Assembly: GCF_006345805.1 (NCBI RefSeq)
Contig: NC_043005.1
Span: 95,976,001-96,040,000 of the forward strand
DNA from: Octopus sinensis
Lineage: Eukaryota
DNA: 64,000 nt
Direction of reading: 5' to 3'
A program made the position numbers and the translations under genes. How positions within the stretch are numbered: position 1 is the stretch's first letter; every line of letters starts with the position of its first letter. The notes under the pieces are model-generated. The model worked only from the letters and a program-made list of their open reading frames with translations. It did not search any database and was not told the origin of the DNA. Shown piece after piece: positions 35,370 to 49,895 of this stretch.

Positions 35370-38300
35370 TTAGTTTTACTGGTTTAATTTGTATTTATAT
35401 AAGATCAGTAAATGTTGTTCATGGATTTAGTTGTATTATCATGTCAATACAGAAACTACTTATTCCCAACGTGTTGCTAGATGCAAGACAATGCAATCAA
35501 TAAATACAAAGTGTACATTCCAGGTAACTCAACACTGATAAATTTAGGATTAAAGAATCAAGCTTCTTTTATTTAATTCAATAGACTTTAGTTGAGTTGA
35601 AAGGCTTTGTAGCATGCCAAGTTTGGTTTCAAAATCAAATTCGATGACTGGCGTCCGTGCTAGCAGAGTGGAAAGAGCACCATACGAGTGTGATCATTGA
35701 CAGAACGGCTAACCGGCTTCAGTGCCAGTGGCACTTAAAAGGCACCATTCGAGCATAATCATTACCAGCATCAAGATTGAAGCCTGGTGCAGCCATCTGG
35801 TTCACCAGCCCTCAGTCATTCGTCCAACCCATGCTAGCATGGAAAGCGGACGTTAAACAATGATGATGATGAGCAAATATAGATTCCTCTAAGCATATGA
35901 TCAGTTTCCCTGGAGAACCTCATTAATTATCTTGCTATGGCATGTTATTATTCATTTGAATACATCTGTGAATACATTTTGTTGTGCTGCCGCTAGAATT
36001 CATTGTTAGAGGATGGATGATATCTATGATTTAACACATCAAAGAGAGAAAAACTTTATGACTAAAAAATAAATACATTTTTTCTTGTAAAATACAGGTG
36101 ACGGTTGTTGAGAGTATACAGGTGACGGTTGTTGAGAGAATGCATGGGCTAAGACTATGCGCCTTCATTGGTCAGTTAAAATTGAGACAGTGTTACATGA
36201 CAACTTGCTGGGGCTGCCTGCTGGAGCCTAGCAGCAAGTATTTAAAGGGAAAAATTTGACAAAACAGTCAGTCGTCTGCTGACACTCGTTGATGCTATGT
36301 CGAAGAGGCCAGGGAACAAAAGAAAGAAGACATGCACCCAACACCAGAGCTGAAGACACCTCTGAAAGGGGGGGCCCAGCCACATCAAAACGGTAGAGGA
36401 ATAGGGGCCAAAACCGGACATGGTCCCTTCTGATGATGTTTTAAGCTAACTGGATCCTATAAAGGAGCTGTTGTGGTAGCAGACCACGAAACACGGTTGT
36501 AATTCCTCAGAAACAGTTGTGTTGTAAACAAGAGCAGCTTTGGTGATGACATGAGTTTTGATTACACAAGTTAAAACTTTGGTTTTCATTATACTATAGT
36601 TTTCTTGTTCATAATTTTTATGCACAATTTAGTAAGTACCCATGGTAAGAATACTTCAGAAAAAGGGGAAAAAACAAATGAATGGAGGTGACATAATATA
36701 AGAGAAAGAGGACTTTCTAGTCTTGGTTAGAGCTGACTTCTCTAGGGTAATAAAGATATCTCATTTCCTTTATTGCTATATGTGCTAAATGACAAAGGAC
36801 TACAATGGTGAGGTGTGATGAGATCAAGCCAATCCATGCCACTATCATAAAACAAATTTGAAATGATAATGATGAAGTCTGCAACTAAGTTTCAATACCT
36901 AATTGAAGTTCAAATGTCTAATAGTCTTGGGCAATGAGTGAATGTTATAATACACAATACTTCCCTTCTTGTGCTTAGTGAAAAGATAGCTGTTTCAAAA
37001 AGAGTGTATTGTTCAGATTGTCAGAAAAAATCGGATACATCAAAGGTAGCTACTAATCTTCTAAGATGAAGGAGCTTCCACAATGTCACATGACCTGGAA
37101 ACAGAAACCAAATGTCCTTCAAATCACATCCTCTCATCTTATAAAATAAGAAACATACACCAGCAATGACCAACCAAGCTGAATGGATGTCTATCTACCT
37201 TATCTATGCATTCCCTGGTTCCACATTGATTCCATCTACCAAATTCTATTTATAAAGTATTAGTCAACCTGATACTTTGGTAGAAAGCACTTACCCTAGG
37301 TACCGTGTAATGGAAAATAAACCCAGGGCTACATAACTATGAAATAATCTTGACATTGACTAAAGATGTGTGTACATGATGTGTTGCAACAACATGTCCA
37401 TCTACCAAATTTGACTTGCAAAGCATTGGTCAGCTCAAGGCCTTGGCAAAAAAAGAATTCTCCAAGGTGCAATGCAAGGGGAATGAACAAGGAACCATGC
37501 AATTATGAAGCAAAATTCTTAACCACACACTCATGCCTGATGCATACATGCACTACAACACCAAATGAACACTCTTCGATATTTCTTAAGCACCATTTTG
37601 GAAAGTAAGTTTTTGTTCCTATTTTGGCATCCTATCTAAATCATATTTCTTGCAGAATATAGAACACTGACCTGTAGTTTACAGAAAGTAAATGAACATT
37701 CGAAAAAGACATTGGTATAAATGAGAGATTTCAAGGTTTCACTAAATTTCATCTATCACAAGAATTCTCATGATAGCAGCATCACAGAAATTTCTTTTAT
37801 ATCAAAATCAAAATGTGACTTATGAACCAAGACTAGAAGAATCTAACAAAAGAATTACATGCAAGAACTACACTTAATCAAATAATCTCTCAACTTGAAT
37901 AACTCTGGTAAGTTAACTTCACTGAGAAAAATGACATATTGTAAATAATTTTGATTTATTTCATCCAGCAGCTGGAATAAACTTAGCTGTAATAACTTCT
38001 GGGATATAATAATATATAAGCATCATCAAAGAACTGCAACCTGCTGTATAAAACATGTCACTGCTGATGTATGGTAGTGAAGAATACAAGAGGAACTTGA
38101 GGGAAAGGCTGACAACACGCAAGTCACCAAATCAAAGCATTAGTGTAAAAGTGTGTTAGTAATGTGAATAATTGAAGTATTTAAATATTTAAGCATAAAT
38201 GAACAAAGCTTACAGAAACAGTGAAGAAGAGGAATGTAACGCTGTGTTTAAACAGAAACTATGAAGATTTTGCCATTTTGCTGTTTCCATTTTAATTTCA

Positions 38301-39060
38301 CATTCTACTTGTGAAGTGTTTCAATGTGTTAGTAAAATAACAATAACAAACAATAATAAGAGTACCATATGAGTGAGATCATTGCCAGAGCAACAAGCTG
38401 GCCTCCATGCTGATGGCACATTAATAAAAACCATTCGAGCATGATCGTTACCTCCATCACCTTACTAGCACTTGTGCAGGTGACACGTGAAAAAACATTT
38501 GAGCAAGGTCGTTGTCATTGCCAGTGCTGCTGAACTGGTTCCTGTGCAGGTGGCACATAAAAAGCACCATTTGAGCATGGCCGTTGCCAGTGCTGCCTGA
38601 CTAGCCCCCGTGCCGGTGGCATGTAAAAGCACCTACAACACTCTCAGAGTGGTTGGTGTTAGGAAGGGCATCCAGCTGTAGAAACTCTGCCAGATCAGGT
38701 TGGAGCCTGGTGCAGCCATCTGGTTCGCCAGTCCTCAGTCAAATCGTCCAACCCATGCTAGCATGGAAAGCGGACGTTAAACGATGATGATGAATGAGCA
38801 ATATGATTGTAAATGGGCTGATGTAAGAAATGTGGTAAACATTTAATGTCTTGTCTCTATCATAGAAAAAAACGTAACATTATTATAGTGATTTAAACTC
38901 TTCACTGCATTATCAGTTAATTTGGACAATAAGATATAAATTATGCCATCTCAGATATTACAACTCATAAGTGGAAAAATGGATAATATTTAGTTTTCAA
39001 GTACAATTTTTGGTTGAAAAATCTGGAAAAAATTGTGCATTTTATTCATTTATAAATATA

Positions 39061-39696
39061 CTAGCAGTATCGCCCGGCGTTGCTCGGGTTTGTAAGGGAA
39101 ATAACTATATAAGCATTTTTAGAGAGTTATAGCCAAAAAATAGCAAAAAATGCATTAAAAATGGAAAAAATATGATGGTAAATTTTTTTTTAAATCGTTG
39201 ACTCATCGTAGACATTTTTAGAGAGTTACTTCCCTTATATAATAGCGAAAAAATGCATTAAAATGGAAAAAAAACGATGGTAAATTTTTTTTTAAATCGT
39301 AGACTCATGTAGACGCTTTCTTAGCCATTTCTGTTTTGGTGTCTTCAAGCCATGAAGTCGTTGTTCTAAAAAACGCTGGTCTCCTTGACAACGCATTACG
39401 ACGTTGATTTCCTTACACTCCCTTCCCCACAGGTGCAGGTGTGAGCGTGGACGCCAACTCCGCCGCCATCGACACACGAAAAATTATGCATTAAAATGGA
39501 ATAAAAAATGATGTTAAATTATTTTTAAAATCGTAGACTCATCATAGACGCGCGCTAATACTCAGACGGGCTCGATATGAATCACGACTATAAGCTACCC
39601 GAATTTGGTTAAACTGCACCGCAAAATGTGGGAGTAGTTAGGAATCTAAATCGAAGGGGACAGACACTCACACAACTACAGTTTTATATATATAGA
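39061..39696 (-). mobile_element. Non-autonomous Helitron (expanded copy)
   Basis: 5' TC(TATATATATAAAA), 3' CCCGAGCAACGCCGGG...CTAG, A/T insertion site; homologous to 1350-1660. Confidence 0.8.
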
Positions 39697-39704
39697 TATA
39701 CATA

Positions 39705-40310
39705 GCGCAGTAGTGGTGAGATGTGACAGCAAAGAAAAGCATACATTCACTCTCTGCATGCAATTAGACTCGGAAAGTTCGTGAGGAACCCATTGACCCA
39801 ATTTGCTGACTTTTCCGATAGCACACAGGTCTCAATGAATGGTTGAATGACCAAATCCAAGCTTCTCTGCTAGTTCCTCAACAGTTACGATGAGATTTTG
39901 TTCCACCAGGTGTTTCAGGATGTCCTTGTCGAGTTCTACAGATCTTTCAGGATGAGGCTCGTCTTCTAGGCTGTAGTTTATGGCTCGGAATTTCTGGAAC
40001 CACCATTGACACTGCCTTACGCTTATTGTCCAATCCCCATATACTGCATTAATATTTCTTGTACTTTCCGTTGCGTTGTTGTCTTTATTGAACTCATAAA
40101 GCAAAATATGCCAAATATGCTCCTTTGTTACTTCCAACATAGCTTTGAAAAAAATAGCTGTTAAAATCGAAATGCACTCTTCAAAACTTGCACTATGAAT
40201 AAGGACAAGATAAAATTACTACTACTGCTTTTATAGCAAGTTAATATAAGTAGTTTATCCCATTCCCCTCTGACATTTAGTTCAAGCTGTTGAAAAAACC
40301 GCATTATTAT
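39705..40310 (-). mobile_element. mariner transposon 5' fragment
   Basis: MLEVTKEHI.HILLYEFNK..NATESTRNIN.VYG...W FQKFR...SLEDEP...EELAEKL...STIHRHL..IGKV.KLGQWVPHEL; ends next to TA repeats. Confidence 0.85.
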
Positions 40311-40440
40311 ATATATATACATACATACATACATACATACATATACACACACACACTCTCTCTCTCACACACTGCACACATTTATATTCTGTTATTCTTT
40401 TATATGTTTCAGCCTTGAGGTTGTGGCCATGCTGGATCAT

Positions 40441-40701
40441 GTGTGTGTGTGTGTGTGGTGTCTATCTGTCTGTCTGTCTGTATGTATATATGTATATGTA
40501 TGTGTGTGAACAATAATATTTTCAACAGATGTGTTGCAAATGTATCTGATTGTTCTCAAGCTTCAATACTGTGTGTGTGTGTATGTGTGTGTGTGTGTAT
40601 GTATGTATGTATATGTATGTATGTATGTATGTATATGTATGTATGTATGTATGTATGTGTGTATGTATGTATGTGTGTGTGCATGTATGTATGTGTGTGT
40701 A

Positions 40702-40735
<34 letters not shown>

Positions 40736-40790
40736 ATGTATGTATGTATGTATGTATGTATGTATGTATGTATGTATGTATGAGAGTATG
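40441..40790. repeat. Compound (TG)n/(TATG)n microsatellite
   Basis: Direct reading. Confidence 0.95.
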
Positions 40791-42352
40791 TTTACTTTAT
40801 TACTAACACAAGCCACTACGGTTATTTAATGTAAAGTCTTCCTCAAATCACTCTCTCTTGCTATTTACTCTCTTCCAAGAACATTTTCACTCACTCTTAT
40901 GTCTTAGCTTCCCATACATTTTACTCATGTATCTATCAGCGTCATAGACAGAAACAAATATTACATCGCCATCGTCACCGCATTCTATTGTCTACCTGTC
41001 AACACACTGAATTACTTTCACTTTATTCGTAGCACACTGTGTGTGTGTGCGTTTGCATGTGCTGTAAACCAGACTAAGAAAAGCATTTGACATACACACC
41101 AGAATGTGAGTTTTCTCTAAATTTTGCTTAATTGGAGTTTAAATTTTAAAAACTGGACCTGGCATGACCCGATGCATTCTACTCTTAAAAATGCTAGGTA
41201 AATTGTAATTGAAGAAATCCTATATTGTAGATTTCTATAAGATACAAAGGGAGGCAGATAAAATCTGCCTTTTATAATAAGAGATTACATAACATTTTAG
41301 AACTTCTGTCAAACAATACTGAATTGAAATTCAAAATATAATAACCTATGTATTAGGAAGGGCATCTAACTGTAGAAACTCTGTCAGATCAGATTGGAGC
41401 CTGGTGCAGCCATCTGGTTCGCCAGTCCTCAGTCAAATTGTCCAACCCATGCTAACATGGAAAGCAGACGTTAAATGATGATGATGACGATGATAAATGC
41501 AAATTGTCTATAAATATGTCTGCCTTGTATTCAGAAACTACAAAACAAGCATCAACAAAACCATATATTATATTCTATTCTCACAGGGAAGTTATACAAA
41601 TTTACTTTGAAATATAAAGTGGCATTGTTTTTTAATTCAGCTTTGTATATTTTCATAAACCCATCAAAAAACCTATCTTGTCTTACCATTATCTCTCTGT
41701 TCTTTAGAGTGAAAAGCAACAGAGACACATGAAGTGTCACAGATGGAGAGAGAAGGCAAGAAAGTTGTAGATAAAGGGAGATATAGATACATCCATGGAG
41801 AGAGAAATAACTAGTGATGACATCAGTTTGTTCATGTTTTCATCACTATCCCTCATGACAGTTTTTGGTTTGTTTGTTTGTTTTTGGTTGTTGTTTTTTT
41901 TTGTTTTTGTTTTTGTTTTTTTTTTTCATGTTTTCAGAAGATCAATCAACATCACAGGAGCTAGAATAATTCCTATTGATGACAGCAATTTTTCAGGCAA
42001 AAAATTATATGTGCTGTCAAAGCTGTTCAGCTGTGAAGTCATTTAAATTCCAGGATCGCTTCATCCTATTGAAAGTGTTTTATATGATGTCATTGAAAGA
42101 CAATTTCACTGTGATTCATATTTCAATGACAAAATACAGAGATCCTAATTCATAAAGCATGTAGCTTGCAATGCATGCTACATAACAATACTTGTATACA
42201 ACGCCTTCACATGCCAGATAATCTACTATATATGAGAGAGCTCTCTGTACGGTAGCTAGACCTGGTATAAAAAGCAGCCAAATGTCCCTGAAATCACACT
42301 CTGGGTCAGTTCCTACTTTCTATTGATGCCTGTCTTTCATTCTTACCCTTAA

Positions 42353-42572
42353 CCCTTCTGCATTTAAACCGGCCATATCCAGCCGAAATATTCTACCTAT
42401 GTTATGTTCAAATTAGCCAGATCTAGCCTCTCACACCTGTCCTACAATGTCATTCTTAAAATATACAATCACATTATCAAACTCTCAAAGTAATGCGATA
42501 ATGTATGATCAATTCAAAACAATGTGAATAAATAAGGATTAGATTTGACAGAGTTATCCAAATGCCAATCGG
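42353..42572. mobile_element. piggyBac-like TTAA MITE
   Basis: TTAA|CCCTT start (42349-42352) and GG|TTAA end (42573-42576); partial copies near 46305 and 47560-47655. Confidence 0.7.
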
Positions 42573-43409
42573 TTAACTAACTCACCAGCCAGATTCAACA
42601 TCATCTACCTTCATCTCCTATTTACTTATAACCACCTCTGTTTCTACCCATCATACACTCTTTCCTCCACACATTCTATTACAATCCTTATCCACCCTTC
42701 CTTATCCCTATGACACCAAGTTCTCTTCTATTCATTTTGGACATGTTACCTTGATAGTGTGCTCCCGACTACTCATTTTCTTATCTTTAACCTCATACCC
42801 TCACCCACTCATATAAGTTTCCTACTCAACCCACCCCACTATCTACCTAATCACTCTCTCTCTCTCTCTGTCACTAACTCCTAACACTACTCTCTCTCTC
42901 TCTCTTCTCTCTCTCTCTCCCTTCCCTCACTTTCCTTTCTATTACTCCTTCCCTACCACTGTTTTTGTTAGTCCCTCCACTAACATGACCCTCACACACA
43001 GCAATAACCCACTCAAAATGCTTTAACTTCCTCAATATCTCACTGCATCCTTTCTCCTATTCTCCTTTTTCATGCAAGTTACAAACCAACCTCATAAACA
43101 CCCAGTACCCTCTGTAAAATGCATTAGCATTAGAAAGACATCCAGCTGCAGAAACTGAAATATTAGAGCAAGTCTGGCAAAAGAGGCTGACAAAAAACAT
43201 ACCAGTCTTAAACAAAATAAGTACTGGAAGTCGATTTCTTTCACTATATCCCTCAAAGCAGTGCCTCAGCATGGCCACAGTCCAATGACTGAAACAAGTA
43301 AAAGATATTTAAAACAAAACAATATAGATATATCAGTAAAGCAAAAAAATAAAACATCCAAAATTTATCTTTTGATTCTCCACCATTTACAGATACAATA
43401 CTTCAATGT

Positions 43410-43855
43410 ATGAATGAAGTATTAACATATATTGGCTTCAAATTTTGGTGCAAGGCCACAAATTTCGAGGGAGAGGGTAAGTCAATTACACTGACCCTAG
43501 TACTCAACCGATACTTATTTTATCAACCCAAAAGGATGAAAGGCAAAATCAACCTCTGCAGAATTTGGACTCAGAACATAAAGATGGACAAAATGCCACT
43601 AAGCATTTTCCCCAGTGTGTTGTGAATCTGCCAGCTCACTGCCTTTTCTACTCTAGGCACAAGACCTGAAATTTTGGAGGAAGGGGCCAGTCGATTAGAT
43701 CAACTCCAGTACGCAACTGGTACTTAATTTATCGACCCCAAAAGGATGAAAGGCAAAGTCAACCTCAGCGGAATTTGAACTCAGAATGTAAAGACAAACG
43801 AAATACCGCTAAGCATTTCACCCGGTGTGCTAACGTTTCTGCCAGCTCCTCACTG
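43410..43855 (-). mobile_element. Two tandem Meta-like SINEs
   Basis: Two successive aaggatgaaaggcaaa...gaactcagaa...ctaagcattt units. Confidence 0.8.
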
Positions 43856-45773
43856 CCTTGAAGTGTTACAGATATTGACAGTAAAATCAATGGAGTGGGA
43901 TTACCAAGAATGAGGGAACATCAATGTGGTATCTGAACCAGCTAGAAACAGTAGCCAAATCTGCATCAAATTACAACATATCCATTGTAGCTAGAACTGA
44001 TAGAAATAACAGCCGACTTTCCCTTAGCACTTTTATTACAATATTTATGTTGAAATACACTGCCTTTGTTTAAATTTATTCTGAAAATAAAGAAGAATTT
44101 AGTAAAATAATTTTGTTGTTATTAAAATGGTGCTTTGAACTTAAATTTACATGAAATTTTGATGGAAAATTTAAATTTTGATCACTGTGAAATAAGAAAC
44201 CTCTTTATGACAGCTACCCTTGTTAGATATAGTGACCAATTTGCTTCAAATCGCACATGATTGTGTTACGTATGTATAATCCACCAAGAGACACTGCTAC
44301 ATGATAGTTAGACCTGATAGAAAAAGTAGAAATATTTCCTAAAAATCACATCTTGCACCACCACCATTACCATCATCATCATCATCATCGCTTAACATCT
44401 GTTTTCCATACTGGCATGGGTTGGACGGTTTGATTGAGGTCTGAAAAGCCAACAGCTGCACCAGGCTCCACTCTGATCTACAGCTGGATGCCCTTTCTAA
44501 CACCAACTACTCTGAGAGTGTAGTGGATGCTTTTTACGTGCCACCGGCACAGGAGCCAGCCAGGTAGGCTTGGCATCAAGCATATATGTATCTGCCAACA
44601 AGAGAGACAGTGTGGTAACTTGATCACCAAGAAATGGTAGCTAAATCACCCTCCAATCACTGTCATACATATGGAGCCAAATTTCCTTCAAACCACATCC
44701 TGCTTTGTTATATGTGTCCAACCCATGCTAGCATGGACAGTGGACATTAAATGATGATGGTGTATGAACCAGTGAGGAAGACTACTAAATGGTAATTAAG
44801 CTTGAAGGAAACACAGCGAAATCTCCATGGGAAATATCTTAATTTAAATGATATAGACCTATTAGCACTTACAGAGCAATGCAATAGAAGATAATGCTAA
44901 CTTATAGCACACAAAATCATAACTCTTGTGATATCTGCCTCACTTGAGCAACAGCCTTTGTAGCTTCTAAGATATTTAATGTGCATCATTAAGATACAAG
45001 GCTCGTTTATTTGGATCTGAGAGCTAAGTAATATGAATGAGCATTAAGAGATAATACTAAAGTACTGCAATGATAATAACAATGCATTTAACAATGTTTT
45101 TATTGATATTCTGCAAACAAAACTGATAATAAGTAATTATGATTTTTATTTACATTCTCAACTGGTCAGTGTGGATATGACAAACTCTATCAACCTTTAT
45201 GACTAGTAATACAACATAAGGCTTCAATCTCAGCATCAAAAGAATAACGCACACAGAAAAGATCAATGTTACAGAGACACCTGCATGCACAGGTACACAT
45301 ACATGCATGAGCACACACTCAAATTCACTTATATGCTTAGGTGGATGAATATGTTTGGTGTACAGACATGTTAGCAAAACGAGTATATGAACAGGCAGGT
45401 GAAAACAGAGACGCACCAAATAGACATGCGGATATATAAAAATCTCCTTGCAACACATATATCCTCATACACTCACATAACTCACATACACATGCAAATA
45501 CACATCACATACACACATGCATATATTCATAAATATGCACACATATCCACAGACTAACATATATAGTTATCCTCATTTTGTGAAGGGTAGGAGGGGATAG
45601 ACAATAAATATACATAGAAGGGGAGGAAATACTACGATATAATAGGGAATGAAATGATAAAGTTGAAATATGGTGAAAAACAGTAAAATACAATACATCA
45701 CAATAGAATGTAATGTAAGTACAGTAAAGTGAAATAGTGCATCAAGTACAATAAACAGAATAATAATATATCA

Positions 45774-46149
45774 TCTCTCTATATATAAACGGCAAAATGT
45801 CTCTGTGTGTGTGTGTGTGTGTATCCTTTATACAAATCCACAATTTTTCAGTTAGAAGGCTCGCACTTTCTATGGTCATTCAAAACCGTCCAAGGGTGGT
45901 CGTGCACATCTTTACATTTCCCCAGTCACCCAACAAAGCCATTAAAAAATCAATAGAAGTGACATTTTTGTGAATTTTCTATCCAAAACCCAATCAAAAT
46001 GCCTGAAACTTGATACGCCAATTGAATGCCAGCTAGCTGTATGTGATTGGTCAGAGATTTGGACAGTACTCACGTGTATGTGCGCACGCACGCAGCTGTA
46101 TATGCATGCACTAGCAATATGACCCGGTGTTGCCGGGTCATAGTGCTAG
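45774..46149 (+). mobile_element. Non-autonomous Helitron, second family
   Basis: A|TCTCTCTATATATAAAC start; terminal hairpin then CTAG|T at 46146-46150. Confidence 0.7.
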
Positions 46150-46429
46150 TATATAATAAACATGATCAAGAAAATGGGTAAAGTTCCCAATGTGAAGGAG
46201 CTAGTTCATAGATGCACTTGCTCAGTAGTTAGCATGGTTGTGCATTGTGTGACAGTGGATATGGATTAGTTACACAAGTGCCTTCTTTACATGTTTTTTT
46301 TTTAAACCCTTTAGCGTTCACATTATTCTGTCAAAGGCAATGCTCATTTATTCATATGCTTTGAATTAATCTTACATTATCTTATAGCTTGGAGATTTTG
46401 AGGGGGTAACTATTAATTTTTAGAACTAG

Positions 46430-47545
46430 AGAAGAAATTTCAGGTGTAGAAGTAAAGTCTAGAAACAAAGGATTTAATTTAGCAAGACCCAAAGTCTTAA
46501 TAAGTAGGAAAGAGGACAAATCCCTTGAGGTAGATGGCCCTGCTTGATATGTAGAAAAGGCATAGGTAGAAACTCCATAAGATGTATCTGTTGCAAGCTA
46601 TGGACACATAAAAGGTGCAGCAATATCAGAGAAAGGTTAACAGGGAAAATAGTGTTTGTGTGTGGCAGGTTCACAGGTACAATAAACACTAGAAATATAC
46701 AGAAAATGGACTTCATCAAATGCCAGTGGGAAAAAACTAGAAGTAGTTGATAGCTTCCATTATCTAGGTGGCCAAGTCAGCAGCAGACGTGAATGCTCTG
46801 AGAGTGTAGTTGCTAGAATAAGAATAGGCTGAGCAAAGTTCAGAGAGTTCCTACCTCTGCTAGTAACTAAGGGCCTCCCTCTCAGAGTGAAAAGCAGATC
46901 GTATGATGGCTGTGTGCGTATGACAGCCAAGGATGTGAGTAGGCTTGAAAGAAATGAAGCTAGGATTCTTTGCTGGATATGCAATGTCAGTGTGCATGTA
47001 CATCAAAGTGTAAGCATCTTGAGAGAAAAGTTGAGCATAAGAGGCATCAGATGTGGTATGCAAGAGAGATGACTGTGTTGGTATGGTCATGCAATGCATA
47101 TGGATGAAGACAGTTTTGTACAGAAGTGCCAATCTCTAACTGTGGAGGGAACCTGTGGAAGAGGCAGACCCAGGAAGACATGGGATGAGATGGTGAAGCA
47201 TAGTCTTTGAACATTGGGCCTCATAGAAGTGATGACAATTGACCAAGAACTCTGGCAATATGTTGTGTGTGAGAAGACTCATCTGGCCAAGTGAAATCAT
47301 AGTCACGGCTGATGTTGGTGCTATGTAACTGGCATCCATGCCAGTAGCACATAAAAGCACCCATGCAGGTGGCATGTTAGATGCGCCAGTTACACTCTTG
47401 GAGTGGTTGGCATTAGGAAGGGCATCCAGCCATAGAAACCATGTCAAACCAGACTGGAACCTGTTGCAGCTCTCCAGCTTACCAGTTCCAGTCAAATTGT
47501 CTAACCCATGCCAGCATGGAAAGCAGACACTAGATGATGATGATG
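46430..47545 (+). mobile_element. RTE-clade LINE 3' fragment
   Basis: GRNSIRCICCKLWTHKRCS, LEVVDSFHYLG, RLERNEAR, WYGH, GRGRPRKTW; RTE-type 3' UTR and (GAT)n. Confidence 0.85.
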
Positions 47546-47769
47546 ATTATGATATTGTTGGGTTGGTGTAAGGGGGCCAGATTTGGCCAATTTGAACATA
47601 AACCAGGCAGGATATTTTGACTGGATATGGCCTATTTAAATACCAAAAGGGTTAAATTTGATGATGCAGATACTTGTGTGTATGAGAAAGAGAGATGAAT
47701 GGTGGATCTGATTGTGTGTAGGAGGAGGTTTGCTTGAGTTACAGTAGCAGTGTCATTGATGAACAATCG

Positions 47770-48098
47770 AGATATCAATTTTGAGCATTACTCATCCCAG
47801 AGGTACCTGAAGTTCACTTGCGAGGGTAGGATAAGGGTTTATTTTTGTAAGGGCTGGTTTCCCGGTTTCCTTGGAGTATAGGTTCCCCACCTGGACGGGA
47901 CGCCAGTCTGTCATAGGTGAGCTGCAAGATACAGGAGTAAAGGGTGAGGGAAAGTTGTGGTGAAAGTTCGCCATTACCTTCTGCCGGAGTCGCATGGAGC
48001 CTAGGTGTTTCGCTCATAAACACACACATCGTCCGGTCTGAGATTCGAACCCACGATCCCTAGACCGCTGCTCTAACCACTAGGCCATGTGCCTCCAC
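47770..48098 (-). mobile_element. tRNA-derived SINE
   Basis: Minus-strand head gtggaggcacatggcctagtggttagagc...ggttcgaatctc followed by a SINE-like body. Confidence 0.75.
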
Positions 48099-48169
48099 AA
48101 AGATAAGGGTTAGAAGAAATGGTAGGCCTTGTAAGTCTTTTACAGGTATCTTTCTTTTATCATTCCCTT

Positions 48170-48510
48170 GTTTCAGTCATTTGACTGCTGCCATGCTGGG
48201 GCACTGCCTTGAATAGATTTTAAGTGAACAAATCAATGCCAGGACATTTTTTTTTAAAGCCTGGTACTTATCATTTGCTGAATCACTAAGTTATGGGTAC
48301 ATAAACCCACTAACACTGGTTGTCAAGCAATGGTGGGAGACAAACACAGACACAGGCTTCTTTCCATTTCTGTCTACCAACTCCACTCACAAGGCTTTGG
48401 TCAGCCTGAGGCTATAGTAGAAGACACTCGCCCAAGGTGCCACACAGTGGGACTGAACCTGGAACCATGTGGTTAGGAAGAAAGCTTCTTACCACACAGC
48501 CACACCTGTA
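48170..48510 (-). mobile_element. CORE-type SINE, near full length
   Basis: Same family as 54551-54945 and 60855-61233. Confidence 0.8.
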
Positions 48511-49338
48511 CGTGGAGTGATTTTTTTAACAGTATGATTAATAGCAATCCTTAATAAAAAACGATGAGACATAAACTGCAGGATTTGGTTCTATCTATAG
48601 TTTTCCAACTTAATCTATAGTTAAATGTTTACATCCTTAAGTTCCCAGATATATATAAAAATATGATTTTCTGGATATCATCATCATCGTTTAACGTCCG
48701 TTTTCCATGCTAGCATGGGTTGGACGGTTCGACTGGGGTCTGGGAAGCCAGGATGCTGCACCAGGCTCCAGTCCGATCTGGCAGTGTTTCTACAGCTGGA
48801 TACCCTTCCTAACGCCAACCACTCCATGAGTGTAGAGGGTGCTTTTTATGTGCCACCGGCACAGGGGCCAGATGAGGCTAGCAAACAGCCACGATCGGTT
48901 GGTGATATGTGTATATACATTGAAATACACACACACACACACACACACACGATGGAAATTCTCGTTGCAAACAACATATGAGTGTTCAGTTTTTGCTGAA
49001 TGACCTGCACAAATGATTTGTTTACAGTGATGAAATGTATGCGCTGTACATTAGCTCACTCCTTCCCTCCATCAAATCAACATTGCCTGTATAGGTGCAG
49101 AAGTGCACCACACATTAGATGTTGAAATAATTACAGAATGACATGAAATGAAGTGTTTTGCTCAAGAACACAACCTATTGCCTGATATGGGAATCAAACC
49201 CACAATCTAGCAGTTGTGAGCACAACACCCTAACAACCACACACCTTCACACACATACATATTGTATATCTCTATGTGCAGTATTTGTGTATGCATTGGA
49301 TGCTAAATGATGATGATGATGATGATGATGATATATAT

Positions 49339-49433
<95 letters not shown>

Positions 49434-49895
49434 ATAATCATCTGTTTATATACAGATATGTTGTTTGTGTGTATATATGCACCATACATACATATTCTTA
49501 AGTATATATGTGCATATGCATGTAAATAAAACACATGTATGTATGCTCGTCTATGCATTTGTGTATATCTCTGCCCATGTTTTTTAAGTTCCATGTGTGT
49601 GCATATGCATCTTGGTGTCTGCATGCATGTTCATACAAAACACACACACACATACACGATTGAATTTATGTAATTATTCATTTATTCTTTTAGCCTTTGG
49701 TTTTATTATTTTTTCTCTCCTTATCTGGATTGTCTACTGCATTTGAAGACATGGTAACTGTCAGTACCCCACTGAAGCAAATAACTACTCTTCCCCACTT
49801 CATAAATGCTCCTACACTCAATTTAAAACTAGACTGACTCATATATTAAATTACTACAGACATATATATTATCTATACATATATATATCTACACA

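Noticed and set aside
41910-41970. Strong plus-strand acceptor followed by EDQSTSQELE-stop as a last exon
   Set aside because: The tract is simple (TTTG/TTTTG) repeat and no upstream exon can be linked
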